DNA of 64,000 nucleotides from a virus (Duplodnaviria; Caudoviricetes): IMG/VR virus record IMGVR_UViG_3300026484_000545, positions 1 to 64,000 of that record; one strand, 5' to 3'. Shown piece by piece: positions 21,495 to 31,724 of this stretch (position 1 is its first letter; each line of letters starts with the position of its first letter). The notes under the pieces were generated by a model. It saw only the letters and a program-made list of their open reading frames with translations, ran no database searches and was not told where the DNA came from. The position numbers and the translations under genes were made by a program.

Positions 21495-21727
21495 GTTGAT
21501 GTAGTTGACGGCATTGTAAAGTTTACGAAATCATAATTTTGTGCTTCTTCTTCTGTTGCGAATGGACCAATTAACATAACTCTATCGTTTGCAATTAAAT
21601 CGTTAGAAACGTACAATACAACCCACCAACCTGCAGCTACTGGATGAATAACGACATCGCATATAAAGAATCTTTTTCCAGGTTCCATATAATGTATTGC
21701 TTTTTTTCGAACAGGATGTTTAAGCAT
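21485..21727 (-). CDS. Small hypothetical protein (80 aa)
   Basis: GGAGG RBS in the end of the upstream gene; IGPFATEEEA motif common in small phage proteins. Confidence 0.65.
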   Translation of the reverse strand: MLKHPVRKKAIHYMEPGKRFFICDVVIHPVAAGWWVVLYVSNDLIANDRVMLIGPFATEEEAQNYDFVNFTMPSTTSTSG

Positions 21728-23533
21728 TTAAGTATTTTCCTCCGTTGTAGGTAGGTATTTTGCAGCTATTTCATCGGGATCCCATTTTTTAGCTTCAATT
21801 CTAGAAACGATTTGGTTTTCCACTTCTATTTCTAACGATTGTTCATATAATTTGACGGGTAGTAAAACATTAAGGTACTCCTCAAATAAACGGTAAACTT
21901 GTCCTTTGCTTTTGGCAAGTGTTTTTAATGAAACTTCCCCTTTCTCGAGAATTTGCTTTAAAGCACCCTCCTTCATTTTATGATTGTCGGATTTCAAAGT
22001 TATATTCTCGTATAAAAAGTATGGAACATCATATGCAAGTAAATTCCAAATTTCCATTTCCCCAAGTCTTTGTCCATTTAACGGAATAAATTTCTTCTTA
22101 CTATATTCTCCAGTTGATTGAACCTTTAATTTATTGAATGCAATATGTTCTAACTTCAACATGTACATTACGCCAAATCCGTATTCGTACTCTAAAAGTT
22201 TAGGAGCAAGATGTTTTATAAGATGCTTAACCCGAAGTAAAATATTTTTCTCAATACAATCAAAATAGAATTGGAAACCATGTGTTAAAATTCGTTTAAT
22301 TAGCTTTTCCGCATATATTTCTAGCTTGCCTTCAGTTTCGTATTTAACAAGCATTCGTTTGATATGTTGCATATAATCTGAATTCTCATCGTATATAACT
22401 TTGTATACATTTCGATACAACCAGTTTAAAATCGAAGTATACGAATATTCATTTTTAAGCATTTTACGAATGTAAGTTGGAATTACGTAACGTGCAAGAT
22501 AACCTAGATACATTTCGGCAATTTGTCCAGGGTTCATTCTAGAATGAACCCCAGGTGTTGATAAAATCACCTCTGGTATAAATGACTCAGGTATTTTACC
22601 TTTGAAATACTTTTTTATTTCTTCATCGGGAGCAATATAGGATACAACTCCTTTATTTCCGTAACGATTTGCAAATTTATCGCCTATTCTTAGTGGATGA
22701 ATATAATGAATGTAAATTTTGATACGAATGTTAGGCTCCGGATTTTTAAAGTAGAATTTGAAGTATTTAGAGTACTTTGGAAACTTGCTTATAAGTTTTT
22801 CACATTGTTTTTCCGCGTTATATTTTTGTAGGAAGTTATATGTATTATCATCAAGTTTTAGATTTTTGAGGTTTCGAGGTAGATATACTTCGATTTTATC
22901 AACTACGCAATCAACTGGAAATTTCTCTAAAATTCGTCCTCTAGGAAATGCACGATCTCGTAAAATCCAAGTACCTTCCGCAAAAGTTTTATTCTCTTGA
23001 ATTTCTGGATTTATTGCAAAACTTGGATATTCTTTTGGATCAAGTTCAATATCGATACAATCGTAGTGAATGCTTGTTAGTTTCTTTGCAGCAGATTCTG
23101 AAATAACGATTGCGTCTTCATGTGTTCTGTATTTGAACATTGAGAATATTACGTTTAAGTTTTTACCAAGCTGAATTTGATTATCTTTAAATAGCATATG
23201 CTGGGCAATAACTTGCCCAGCTTTAACTTGATCATTTTCATTAACTTTAACCTCAAATAAACCTGGAATTGGAATTAAAACGCATTGCTTATCATTATAT
23301 ATAAACACGTAATCATCAATAAATTGTACAGTTCCGGAAATAGGAGTACGTTTCACAAAATATTCGCATATATCTAAGCGTAAACTGTGAAAACTTGCAA
23401 CATGTGGTAATTCACGTTCAACTAAAACTAATGCTTGTTTACTCATAGAACTTGCCATTTGGATTCGGTTACCATCATTGTGATTTACAAAAGGAATGTT
23501 GGATAAAACTGGGGAAAGAATGCTTCCGGACAT
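21728..23533 (-). CDS. rpoB: RNA polymerase beta-like subunit, set 2, C-terminal half
   Basis: IPFVNHNDGNRIQMASSMSKQA, THEDAIVISES, GDKFANRYGNKGVV, HSRMNPGQ, MYMLKLEH, GQRLGEMEIW. Confidence 0.93.
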   Translation of the reverse strand: MSGSILSPVLSNIPFVNHNDGNRIQMASSMSKQALVLVERELPHVASFHSLRLDICEYFVKRTPISGTVQFIDDYVFIYNDKQCVLIPIPGLFEVKVNENDQVKAGQVIAQHMLFKDNQIQLGKNLNVIFSMFKYRTHEDAIVISESAAKKLTSIHYDCIDIELDPKEYPSFAINPEIQENKTFAEGTWILRDRAFPRGRILEKFPVDCVVDKIEVYLPRNLKNLKLDDNTYNFLQKYNAEKQCEKLISKFPKYSKYFKFYFKNPEPNIRIKIYIHYIHPLRIGDKFANRYGNKGVVSYIAPDEEIKKYFKGKIPESFIPEVILSTPGVHSRMNPGQIAEMYLGYLARYVIPTYIRKMLKNEYSYTSILNWLYRNVYKVIYDENSDYMQHIKRMLVKYETEGKLEIYAEKLIKRILTHGFQFYFDCIEKNILLRVKHLIKHLAPKLLEYEYGFGVMYMLKLEHIAFNKLKVQSTGEYSKKKFIPLNGQRLGEMEIWNLLAYDVPYFLYENITLKSDNHKMKEGALKQILEKGEVSLKTLAKSKGQVYRLFEEYLNVLLPVKLYEQSLEIEVENQIVSRIEAKKWDPDEIAAKYLPTTEENT

Positions 23534-23555
23534 CCATCTACCTCCTTTATGCTAA

Positions 23556-24713
23556 TTAGTTAAGAATAAATCTCCCATATTCATCAATCGGCGCATCAAT
23601 TGCCAAATGTCTATTTTTTCCTACGTTTTCATTGTCTGGAGTATCAAGTGGACAGATATAATTTGTATAGGTTAAATGAGTATCCCTAAGGTATGCAGGT
23701 GGATTATCTAAATTTAATACAACTTTTGTTTTGTATGCAATTTCCTCAAGCGGATTTGTGAAATCCAAATACTGTAAAAGTTTACATGTTTTCGCATATT
23801 GCGTAATAATGTCATGTGGAATCTTTTGTTTTAGAATTAGACTGTCATTTTGTTTCTCAACTAGTTTCTTAATCTTTTGGATTTTGTATGCAAGTGGATC
23901 TAAAAGAGTTTCCAGATATCTTAGACGTTTAAATTTGATATGAATTTCTGAGTAATGCGAATATTTATTGTAGTCTTTCAGTGCTCTAATTAAAATTTCC
24001 TTGAAAGTTTTTATTTTCTCAACAAATTGCAAGTCGTAAGGAACTTCGGCTTCAAACCATTTTTCAATAGTCTGCACTTCATAGTTATAAAGCACATCAG
24101 TAATACCTGCAAACGAATCTGCAATTAGTTTTTGTACAGGAGTTACTTTATTGTTTTTGACGACTAAATATTTTTGTCTTCCTTTTACAATATAATAACC
24201 TTTTAGTTCATAATCACTAGGTACGCTTTCTAAAAGTTCATATTCGCCGAGAAATTTATCAAGTAGATTGTAATGCTTTAAAATTTTAAAGAGGGCAACT
24301 GGAGCTCCACCATTTGAAACCAAACCATCTTTTGTAACCATGAATTTATAAAACCTGATTTCACCGTTACGAATATAATAACCATTATCAATAATACATG
24401 AAACCAATATATGTGGTTTTCCAAGGTAAATTACGTCTTCATAATTGGGAGTTACTACCTTGATAACATATTCCAATGTCTCATCAATTGGAATTACTCT
24501 CTTTTTAACTTTCAAAAGCAAGATATTTTGAGGATGAAATCCTTCACTTGAATATTTACTGGACAATTCATATTGTAATTTGATTTCGTATTTACCAGTT
24601 TCTTCAAGCTTTTGGAATAAAAATGGGATATACTGCGTAAGAATTAAGTGTGCATTTTCTTTACGCCATTGTAAAATATTTGTACTAGGAACGTAAGATT
24701 TTACAAACAACAT
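23556..24713 (-). CDS. rpoB: RNA polymerase beta-like subunit, set 2, N-terminal half
   Basis: QYLDFTNPLEEIAYK and RDTHLTYTNYICPLDTPDNENVGKNRHLA correspond to the beta fork/Rif region. Confidence 0.85.
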   Translation of the reverse strand: MLFVKSYVPSTNILQWRKENAHLILTQYIPFLFQKLEETGKYEIKLQYELSSKYSSEGFHPQNILLLKVKKRVIPIDETLEYVIKVVTPNYEDVIYLGKPHILVSCIIDNGYYIRNGEIRFYKFMVTKDGLVSNGGAPVALFKILKHYNLLDKFLGEYELLESVPSDYELKGYYIVKGRQKYLVVKNNKVTPVQKLIADSFAGITDVLYNYEVQTIEKWFEAEVPYDLQFVEKIKTFKEILIRALKDYNKYSHYSEIHIKFKRLRYLETLLDPLAYKIQKIKKLVEKQNDSLILKQKIPHDIITQYAKTCKLLQYLDFTNPLEEIAYKTKVVLNLDNPPAYLRDTHLTYTNYICPLDTPDNENVGKNRHLAIDAPIDEYGRFILN

Positions 24714-24758
24714 TTATTACCCCCTCTTCCTTTTTTTTGTACTAATTTTACGAGAATT

Positions 24759-24792
24759 AAAAAATAGGACGAGGGTAGTTATCCCTCGTCCT
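24759..24792 (-). terminator. Intrinsic terminator between set-2 beta' and beta-N genes
   Basis: 10-bp stem AGGACGAGGG/CCCTCGTCCT followed by ATTTTTT on the minus strand. Confidence 0.75.
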
Positions 24793-27442
24793 CAATCAAA
24801 TCAGAAACTAGAAGTTTGTTTGTATAAATATAGTGCAGTGTTTTAGATTCCTCAGTTACTTCAATTACCTCTCCAAATAACACCTTACATAATGGAGATA
24901 ATTGCATCTTTTCATTGAGGACAAATACTGGAAAGTTTTGTTTAAACCTTTCAAATGCAATCATAATTGGTTTAAGATAAATTACTTTTCTAATTGGATA
25001 TAACTTGTAATGCTTTGTACTTTTTGCATATTGCTCTGGATTTTCAGGATTTCGCATCATTCCTCTGAGTAAAGTTTCAATATGTAACGATTTTATACCA
25101 ACTTCATTAAATATTTGTAGTAATGTTTTGTAAACCTCAACCCAATCTTTTTCTTCATCAGGTTTAAATTCCACTTGACATAAAATTTCATCTAAAGCAC
25201 TTGTAATATTTTTTCTTAATTCAAGTACTGCTCCCTTTGGAATAGTATCTACAATATCCACAAGTAATACACTGTTTTTTGGAAGGATTACTGTATCTCC
25301 ATTTTCCAACTCTAAAACAACATCTGTTTCTAAAATAGAGTATTTCTCTAAATTTACGGGTTCAGCAAGTTTTAATTCTTCTTTAGCAATAACTGACGGA
25401 TACTCAATTGTAAAATACTTTTGATTAATCTTCTCCTCTGGATTTTCAGACGCACCTCCTGTATGGAAAACTCTCATCATAAGTTGAGTGGTTGGTTCTC
25501 CTAGAGACTGTGCAGCAATAATTCCTACATTTCTTGATTTGTAAAAGCGATAGTATGGATAGCATTTTTTGCATAATTTATCTGACTTACATGTAATTGG
25601 AGAACGTATACGTACAGTTTTATCTAAAAATTCGTGTTTATTTAGATGAGTTAAGAATGTTTCAGTTCCATCTTCATTAATAATCCATCTAAATAGAAAT
25701 TGATCAATGTTGTCTTTTGTTAAGGTTACTTGAATTCCTTCCTTATCACCGCAATCTTCAAGTGTTTCATCTAATTCAATATCTTCTAAAGCATACACCA
25801 AACGTCTTGTTAAGTATCCAGTATCTGCAGTAGAAACTGATCGATTATAAGATCCTTTGATTGTCCCAAAGGACATCAAAACAATTTCTTTTTCATTTAA
25901 TCCTTCGACAAATGAAGAAGTAATGGGAGTTGGAATTGTGAAACCTCTAAATGATTGCACATAACCTTTTGCAACAAATAACTGTTGTAAGTTTAACCAG
26001 GAACCTTTGGTTTTCGAGTTAATTAAAGTTGCTAGATTTGGAAATTTCTCAGGATGTTGCTTTAGATATTGTATACATTTTGCAAGATATTCTTGATAGT
26101 TTTCCTTAAGGCCTTGTTTCAATTTGAGAAATTCTTCATCTTCCATAATTTGCGTAAAATCGTTTAAGTTTATCGAAATATCTATTTTTCGCAATTGTTG
26201 GAAAATGTAATCAATTACAGCAACATTACGATAAGCAATTTCGCCTTTTTCTAGATACAGATCGTAAAGAAATTCAGTTACTAGTTTATCGAAATCTTTA
26301 CCAGTAATTTGACGATCTACTTTAAATCCGAGTAATCTAAATAGAAGTCGTCCTAACGTAGTTTCTTCACCTTTATAAATCGCCTTCTTGGTAAAACCGT
26401 ATTTATCAATTAACTTGGAGAGTTCTCTTAAATTGGTTACCTCAATCGGTTGATCATTTTCATCAGGATCGCGGGTTGCCAAATACACTGAAAATCCTAA
26501 TTGCGATGATGAAAATTTAAGTGAACCTGGGAATAGTAAATTTTGGTAAGACATCATCTTTGATTTTACTTCCTCTATCGCCTCTTTCGTAATTGGAATA
26601 TAAACTGCCATTTGATCCCCATCAAAATCTGCATTATACGGTTTTACAATTAATGGCGGAATTTGAATTGCATATCCTTTAATTGGCTCAGCATAAAAAG
26701 CTTGCATAGAAGGCCTATGTAAAGTAGGTTGACGATTTAAAATAACAGGAATATCCTTGGCAATTCTACGTACGAATTCCTCAAGTTCTTCATCATTGTC
26801 ATTATAATTTTGAATTCTAAAGTAAATTTCAACCGGATCTTCAGCTAGATTTAAAATCCAAGGCATATACAAATGTACTAAGATTCTATATGGAATTTTT
26901 ACTTTGTAAAGTGGTAAATTTGGATCAACAGTAATTACAGTACGTGCAGAAAAGTCGATTCGCCTACCTAATAAATCTCCACGAATCAATTTCTTCTTTC
27001 CTTGTAATACTTCTTCAATTATAAAGTCAAAGAGTTTATTTACAGCCTTTTGTATAACGTTGTCTGTTGCAAATTGACTTTTACATTTTTTGAGAAGTTG
27101 TCTATAAAAGCGATTGATTTTATCAGAATAACTCACCATTGTTGGTCTAAATTTTGCTGGGATAACATAAACCTTGTCAATCTCTAAAGTCCAAGGATAT
27201 TTTTCGAAGAAACGTGCATACAATTCTTTACTTCTAGATAACTTCTTACCTTGTTTGTAGCTATAATACCATTTAACGATACGCGCTCTAACTTCATTTA
27301 AATCTAATTCAAGTAAGTTGAGTTTTTCGATGTCTTTACGTGTTAAGTATAGAGGATGCACAACTTTGTGAGGTAATGGGATAAATGCAGGTTTTTCAAC
27401 TTTTGTGAGATCTTCGAAGTCATTAATAATACCTACTCTCAT
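24779..27442 (-). CDS. rpoC: RNA polymerase beta'-like subunit, set 2 (unsplit)
   Basis: Start MRVG at 27442 with GGAGGT RBS. Motifs VIPAKFRP, LLGRRIDFSARTVI, NRQPTLH, YNADFDGDQM, TADTGYLTRRL, GEPTTQLMMRVFHTGG. Confidence 0.96.
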   Translation of the reverse strand: MRVGIINDFEDLTKVEKPAFIPLPHKVVHPLYLTRKDIEKLNLLELDLNEVRARIVKWYYSYKQGKKLSRSKELYARFFEKYPWTLEIDKVYVIPAKFRPTMVSYSDKINRFYRQLLKKCKSQFATDNVIQKAVNKLFDFIIEEVLQGKKKLIRGDLLGRRIDFSARTVITVDPNLPLYKVKIPYRILVHLYMPWILNLAEDPVEIYFRIQNYNDNDEELEEFVRRIAKDIPVILNRQPTLHRPSMQAFYAEPIKGYAIQIPPLIVKPYNADFDGDQMAVYIPITKEAIEEVKSKMMSYQNLLFPGSLKFSSSQLGFSVYLATRDPDENDQPIEVTNLRELSKLIDKYGFTKKAIYKGEETTLGRLLFRLLGFKVDRQITGKDFDKLVTEFLYDLYLEKGEIAYRNVAVIDYIFQQLRKIDISINLNDFTQIMEDEEFLKLKQGLKENYQEYLAKCIQYLKQHPEKFPNLATLINSKTKGSWLNLQQLFVAKGYVQSFRGFTIPTPITSSFVEGLNEKEIVLMSFGTIKGSYNRSVSTADTGYLTRRLVYALEDIELDETLEDCGDKEGIQVTLTKDNIDQFLFRWIINEDGTETFLTHLNKHEFLDKTVRIRSPITCKSDKLCKKCYPYYRFYKSRNVGIIAAQSLGEPTTQLMMRVFHTGGASENPEEKINQKYFTIEYPSVIAKEELKLAEPVNLEKYSILETDVVLELENGDTVILPKNSVLLVDIVDTIPKGAVLELRKNITSALDEILCQVEFKPDEEKDWVEVYKTLLQIFNEVGIKSLHIETLLRGMMRNPENPEQYAKSTKHYKLYPIRKVIYLKPIMIAFERFKQNFPVFVLNEKMQLSPLCKVLFGEVIEVTEESKTLHYIYTNKLLVSDLIEDEG

Positions 27443-27502
27443 AGATACCTCCTTCTTTTTTTTATATGAAAATTTTACTGAGATTTCTCGAAAATTCAAG
27501 AT

Positions 27503-27516
27503 AATTATTTATACTG
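27503..27516 (-). promoter_or_regulatory. Putative phage promoter CAGTATAAATAATT upstream of set-2 RNAP
   Basis: Identical 14-mer at 38427-38440; variants at 29858, 31727, 35400, 44542 and 48052; each lies shortly upstream of an RBS. Confidence 0.6.
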
Positions 27517-27855
27517 ATAAGTGGTGTTTACAAACTCAACCCTTACGCTATAATTGTATTGTTTAAGTACCTCAATTAGATGTTGAATTGCCAAATAATA
27601 CTCGCGTAACACTTGGTTTAACATCTGTATATTATATTCGAACTTAGATACTTCAAAATCCATGTAGCAGAAATATAATTTACTGGAATTAAAGTCGTAG
27701 ACAACAATCGGATGCATTTTCAGTGGCTTTGGTTTTGAAAGAAAAATGGTTTCATTTTTACTTGGCAAAGGAGTTTTAACGTAGATTACCTGCGGTTGAG
27801 GTTGAGTGCATGCATACAACGCTGTCATACATAAAGCTAATACAACACCTCTCAT
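27505..27855 (-). CDS. Outer-membrane spanin (o-spanin, lipoprotein)
   Basis: Signal peptide with lipobox LYAC, Pro-rich segment; overlaps the i-spanin stop. Confidence 0.7.
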   Translation of the reverse strand: MRGVVLALCMTALYACTQPQPQVIYVKTPLPSKNETIFLSKPKPLKMHPIVVYDFNSSKLYFCYMDFEVSKFEYNIQMLNQVLREYYLAIQHLIEVLKQYNYSVRVEFVNTTYQYK

Positions 27856-28397
27856 TTTCCACCCGTAATATCAAAAGTAATATTCCAACTCAAATATTTT
27901 AAAAGATTCGAAAGTGTACCATTAATATCCTTTCGATATAAAAGTAGGCATATATGATAAAGCTCTTTTGGATAGGTAAGTTTCGTTTGATTTACCTGCT
28001 TATAGATGATTTTCTCTTTATAGATTACCTTTGGTTTTAACGTTTTAAGTTTTTTCTTTAAAGCTTGCATATAGATATTTTGCTGTTCAAGTTTTTGTAC
28101 AGTTTTTCTCAGCTCGCTTTGGAGTTTTTGCTTTTGTTTTTCTAATGTAGAAATATACTGTTGTAAACCTCGAACTTGAACCTTACAAACCTGTAGTGAC
28201 TTATTTGTTTGTTGTAGTAAAACATTGACTTGCTCAAGTTTGTATTTAAGCTGTATATAGCTACTAGAAAGGGAATGGTATTTCACTTGTAACTTGAAGT
28301 ACTTATAACCCAGACTTATTGAAAATCCGAGTAAAAGAATCGTAACAATTTTGCTTTCTAAAATTCGCCTAAGTATTTGCAGGATTATTGAATACAT
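27852..28397 (-). CDS. Inner-membrane spanin (i-spanin)
   Basis: Single N-terminal TM segment then a long coiled coil; directly downstream of the endolysin. Confidence 0.7.
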   Translation of the reverse strand: MYSIILQILRRILESKIVTILLLGFSISLGYKYFKLQVKYHSLSSSYIQLKYKLEQVNVLLQQTNKSLQVCKVQVRGLQQYISTLEKQKQKLQSELRKTVQKLEQQNIYMQALKKKLKTLKPKVIYKEKIIYKQVNQTKLTYPKELYHICLLLYRKDINGTLSNLLKYLSWNITFDITGGK

Positions 28398-28402
28398 AAC
28401 GA

Positions 28403-28927
28403 TTATCCTTCAAAAAATATAGTTGATAGAATACGTCTAATCCAACCTCGTAAAAATTTTCGTTGGTTTAAAGAGCAATAATATAAAACTGCCCTTGTTA
28501 AAAACTCATGGTAGAGTTTCTTTTTATCACAACGTTTAAATGCGGTAAGAGTTTTTGGACCAACGATTCCATCGACTTTCAATTTAAAACCGCAATCGTT
28601 TAATGCTTCTTGTAATAAAATGTTTGCTCGTTTAGGCCCGGTATTTACAGATAAATGAGCATGTAATAAAGCAATTTTTTTACAATATGATGATTTATCG
28701 CAATTATCTATAAGTTTCTGTGTAACGGTTAAATACTTATGGTAATAAACAGTTTTTGCATCATCTATTGAAAAATAATTCCAGTCATTCAACTGAAGAG
28801 CATCTTTATATTGCAGATAGGTGTTATAGGTAACTCCAAATTTAGTTTCGCCGCCTAAATCGTCAGGATCGTTTGAATATGCTCCTTCCCATTTTAAAAT
28901 TTCGTCAAGAATTTTTTCGAGAAGCAT
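28403..28927 (-). CDS. Endolysin, glycoside hydrolase family 108
   Basis: WEGAYSNDPDDLGGETKFGVT, VNTG, LKVDGIVGPKTL, FLRGWIRR; start MLLEK follows an AAGGAGG RBS. Confidence 0.92.
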   Translation of the reverse strand: MLLEKILDEILKWEGAYSNDPDDLGGETKFGVTYNTYLQYKDALQLNDWNYFSIDDAKTVYYHKYLTVTQKLIDNCDKSSYCKKIALLHAHLSVNTGPKRANILLQEALNDCGFKLKVDGIVGPKTLTAFKRCDKKKLYHEFLTRAVLYYCSLNQRKFLRGWIRRILSTIFFEG

Positions 28928-28943
28928 TTTCTTCCTCCTTAGA

Positions 28944-28969
28944 AATAGGGGAGGAATCATCCTCCCCTA
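28944..28969 (-). terminator. Stem-loop/weak terminator upstream of the lysis cassette
   Basis: TAGGGGAGGA/TCCTCCCCTA 10-bp stem with only a short T tract. Confidence 0.5.
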
Positions 28970-29056
28970 CAAATATAACTTTTGGACTCATAATTTTATC
29001 TGTAACGCGAATTTTCCTATTATATTTGCAATATTGTAAAAGGTATTTCTTTAGCT

Positions 29057-29815
29057 TCATAGATCCTCCAAGGATAATTCCTCGAGTTGTTCATCAAAAA
29101 TTTCTCCAAATTCATTTAAAGATGCAGTATTATGAATGCATACGTGTATATCATTTTCAAGTACACCTTCGCTAAATAAATGATATACGTTGTCGTCAAA
29201 TTTTACAGCAATTTGTAATGTCTTAAACGGCAATACAAAAACCATTGGATCAATATCTAAAGTACCTTTAACCTCACCATTATAACCTGTAATATCAAAT
29301 TGAACTTCGTTATTTCCATCACTTGATAAAATGTAGAATCTTGCAAATTTATCGTCTAGTTTTAATCTGGGAGCAGATTTGAAAACTGTTGCAAGTTTGT
29401 AAATTTTTGCAAGTTCAGATACATCAATTGTAAGATTAGCAATTTCTTGCATATCTTTAGTTTTTAATTCGTTAAACTCATCTAGTACAAATTCGTTGGC
29501 TAGAATTGGAATACGAGACTCGAAACGAAGTTTTTTATCTTCAGATTCAAAAATACATTCGCTATCATTAATGTCATAATAGAGTGCTTTCTTAAAGTTG
29601 TCAGTTAATATTTTGAACGCTTGGATTTTTTGTTTTACATCGGTGATTATAAAGTTTTCGGAAAATGTAAATGGAAATTTGAAGTAGTAAATTGCAGTCT
29701 TTGCGTTGTTAGTAATACACATGATGTCATTTTTAATTTGAGCATCAGTTACATCTAATACTTTGAGAATGTCAACAAGAGTTTTGAGATTTTCTGCAGC
29801 AATCTTCATGCTCAT
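29057..29815 (-). CDS. Sliding clamp (gp45/PCNA-like)
   Basis: About 250 aa, acidic, two-fold alpha/beta repeat pattern; in an operon with primase and clamp loader. Confidence 0.65.
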   Translation of the reverse strand: MSMKIAAENLKTLVDILKVLDVTDAQIKNDIMCITNNAKTAIYYFKFPFTFSENFIITDVKQKIQAFKILTDNFKKALYYDINDSECIFESEDKKLRFESRIPILANEFVLDEFNELKTKDMQEIANLTIDVSELAKIYKLATVFKSAPRLKLDDKFARFYILSSDGNNEVQFDITGYNGEVKGTLDIDPMVFVLPFKTLQIAVKFDDNVYHLFSEGVLENDIHVCIHNTASLNEFGEIFDEQLEELSLEDL

Positions 29816-29863
29816 GCTTGAAATACCTCCTTTTAACTGGTTTCATTTTTTCTTCAAAGATAT

Positions 29864-30751
29864 TTATACAAATTTCTTTTCGCATACTAAAATGGGATCT
29901 ACATGCGGTTCCCCAAAGTCTTTGCCAAATGCATTCTCATAAATACGCAACGTTTGGCAATATTGCGATGCATAATTCATCAAGTCGGTATAATCATAAT
30001 CTTTATCACGTAAAAATATCAAGTTAAACCGAATGCCGTATAATACAAATAGGATTTTGATAGTACTGAAAATTGCATTTTTTCCTAATGTGGCTATTTT
30101 TGGATAAGGTAGATTATATGCAAACTTTGACAAAATATCGAAAATTCCTTCAGCAAGGATAATAGTTTTATACTTTATGAAATTTTCAAGCGATAAATGA
30201 TAGGCATAGAAATCAAACCCTTCGCTTAATTTTTTAGTACGATATCGAATACGTGCTGCCGAGTCTATTGCTCTTCCAATAAGTTTACGTTTGAAAAAAG
30301 TGAGAAATCCAATATAATTTGGACCAAAATACTCCTCAGAATTTACAATTGATAACTCATCATACTTTTCAACTGGAATATGAGGAACTCTACGTTGCAA
30401 ATATTCTATTTGAGCATCGGTTAATTCCTTTGAAATAACTACATCATGTGCCTTTTGAAAAGTCTGCAATTTAAACCTGACGGATTGCTGTGCAAATAAT
30501 TGCAAAACCTCAATAGGAATTGGTTTACCTTTTGCAATTAGTTGAAGAAAGAATCTAACTGGAGCGAATTTTCCACAACGAAAGCATTTTCCAAAACCTG
30601 AGTCAAAATATAGGTATAGATGTCCATGATTGTATAAATGTTTACGACTGTCGCCACAAACGGGACATCGAGTAACTATAGCGTTAGGTTTTACTTTAAA
30701 ACATCTATTTTCCTCAAAAAATCTCTGTACTGACTCTGGAATCTCAAACAT
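29864..30751 (-). CDS. DNA primase (T4 gp61/DnaG-like)
   Basis: Zn finger RCPVCGDS...CFRCG; TOPRIM motifs LAEGIFD and RDKD. Confidence 0.88.
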   Translation of the reverse strand: MFEIPESVQRFFEENRCFKVKPNAIVTRCPVCGDSRKHLYNHGHLYLYFDSGFGKCFRCGKFAPVRFFLQLIAKGKPIPIEVLQLFAQQSVRFKLQTFQKAHDVVISKELTDAQIEYLQRRVPHIPVEKYDELSIVNSEEYFGPNYIGFLTFFKRKLIGRAIDSAARIRYRTKKLSEGFDFYAYHLSLENFIKYKTIILAEGIFDILSKFAYNLPYPKIATLGKNAIFSTIKILFVLYGIRFNLIFLRDKDYDYTDLMNYASQYCQTLRIYENAFGKDFGEPHVDPILVCEKKFV

Positions 30752-30765
30752 TTCTCAATACCCTT

Positions 30766-31692
30766 TTATTGGGATTTCCAAAGTTTGAACGCAAGTGCAA
30801 TAAGAATTACATCGGGATAAATTGAGGATTCAATTTTATAGGCATAGTCCGCAATAATTAGTTTCTGATCTAAATCAGCTAGTTCCATAATAGAGTCAAT
30901 GATAAATTTCAAGTCGAGCATATTATGATAGGTTCGAAGCAATTTTGCAATTTCGTTGAGAGTCTGTTTAGTAGCATTTCCAGCAAGGATTTGATTAAAG
31001 TAGGAAATAACCTTATTGTTGACGTCAACTAATTCATGATCTTCAAGCTGTAGCTTTTTATTAACGGTATATTTTTGTAATGTTTGTAAAATATCTCTAA
31101 CCTTTGGATAGTAGTAGTTCACGATTTTAATTACGTCTTCCTTGTTATATTCAACTTGCTCGGCATCTAAAACTGAAAATACGTATTCTAATACCTTATC
31201 CTTAGGTAAAGCATTAAAGTAAAATATTTGGAATCTAGATTGAATAGGACTTGGGATTTTACGAATGTAGTTTGCAGTTGCAATAACTGATACATGTTTT
31301 GCTGCTTGTTCGATAAGTTTTCTAAATGCTAGGTAAAAGTCTTTAGAAGCATTATCAAACTCATCAATAAATATGATTTTTACAGGTGATGCAAGTGGCG
31401 GAGTTCTCGTAAAGGGTTCAATTGTATCTCTAACATCATCAATACCTAGCCCAGAACCGTTTAACTCTAGTAAATCTCTCGGACTACGAATGATATGAGA
31501 TATTAAAATTTTTGCTAAAGTTGTTTTTCCAGAACCAGGTAATCCTACAAATAACAAATGAGCAAGATTTTGTTTTGGATTTTTTAGGATTTCTTCCATT
31601 TTTTGCTTTACAATCGGTTTTAATTGCAATTGCTCTAGAGATTTTGGACGATATTTTTCATACCAGATTCTGCTTAGGATTTCATTTTGCAT
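30766..31692 (-). CDS. Clamp loader AAA+ subunit (gp44/RFC-like)
   Basis: WYEKYRP, GLPGSGKTT, IIFIDEFD, IQSRF. Confidence 0.93.
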   Translation of the reverse strand: MQNEILSRIWYEKYRPKSLEQLQLKPIVKQKMEEILKNPKQNLAHLLFVGLPGSGKTTLAKILISHIIRSPRDLLELNGSGLGIDDVRDTIEPFTRTPPLASPVKIIFIDEFDNASKDFYLAFRKLIEQAAKHVSVIATANYIRKIPSPIQSRFQIFYFNALPKDKVLEYVFSVLDAEQVEYNKEDVIKIVNYYYPKVRDILQTLQKYTVNKKLQLEDHELVDVNNKVISYFNQILAGNATKQTLNEIAKLLRTYHNMLDLKFIIDSIMELADLDQKLIIADYAYKIESSIYPDVILIALAFKLWKSQ

Positions 31693-31724
31693 TCTTCATA
31701 CCTCCATCTTTAATACTGACTTCA

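Noticed and set aside
15008..31692. Archaeal or eukaryotic giant-virus origin (RFC-like, AEP, TopIB genes)
   Set aside because: GH108 endolysin, spanins, an HU-like protein, strong Shine-Dalgarno sites and a T4-like terminase indicate a bacterial tailed phage.
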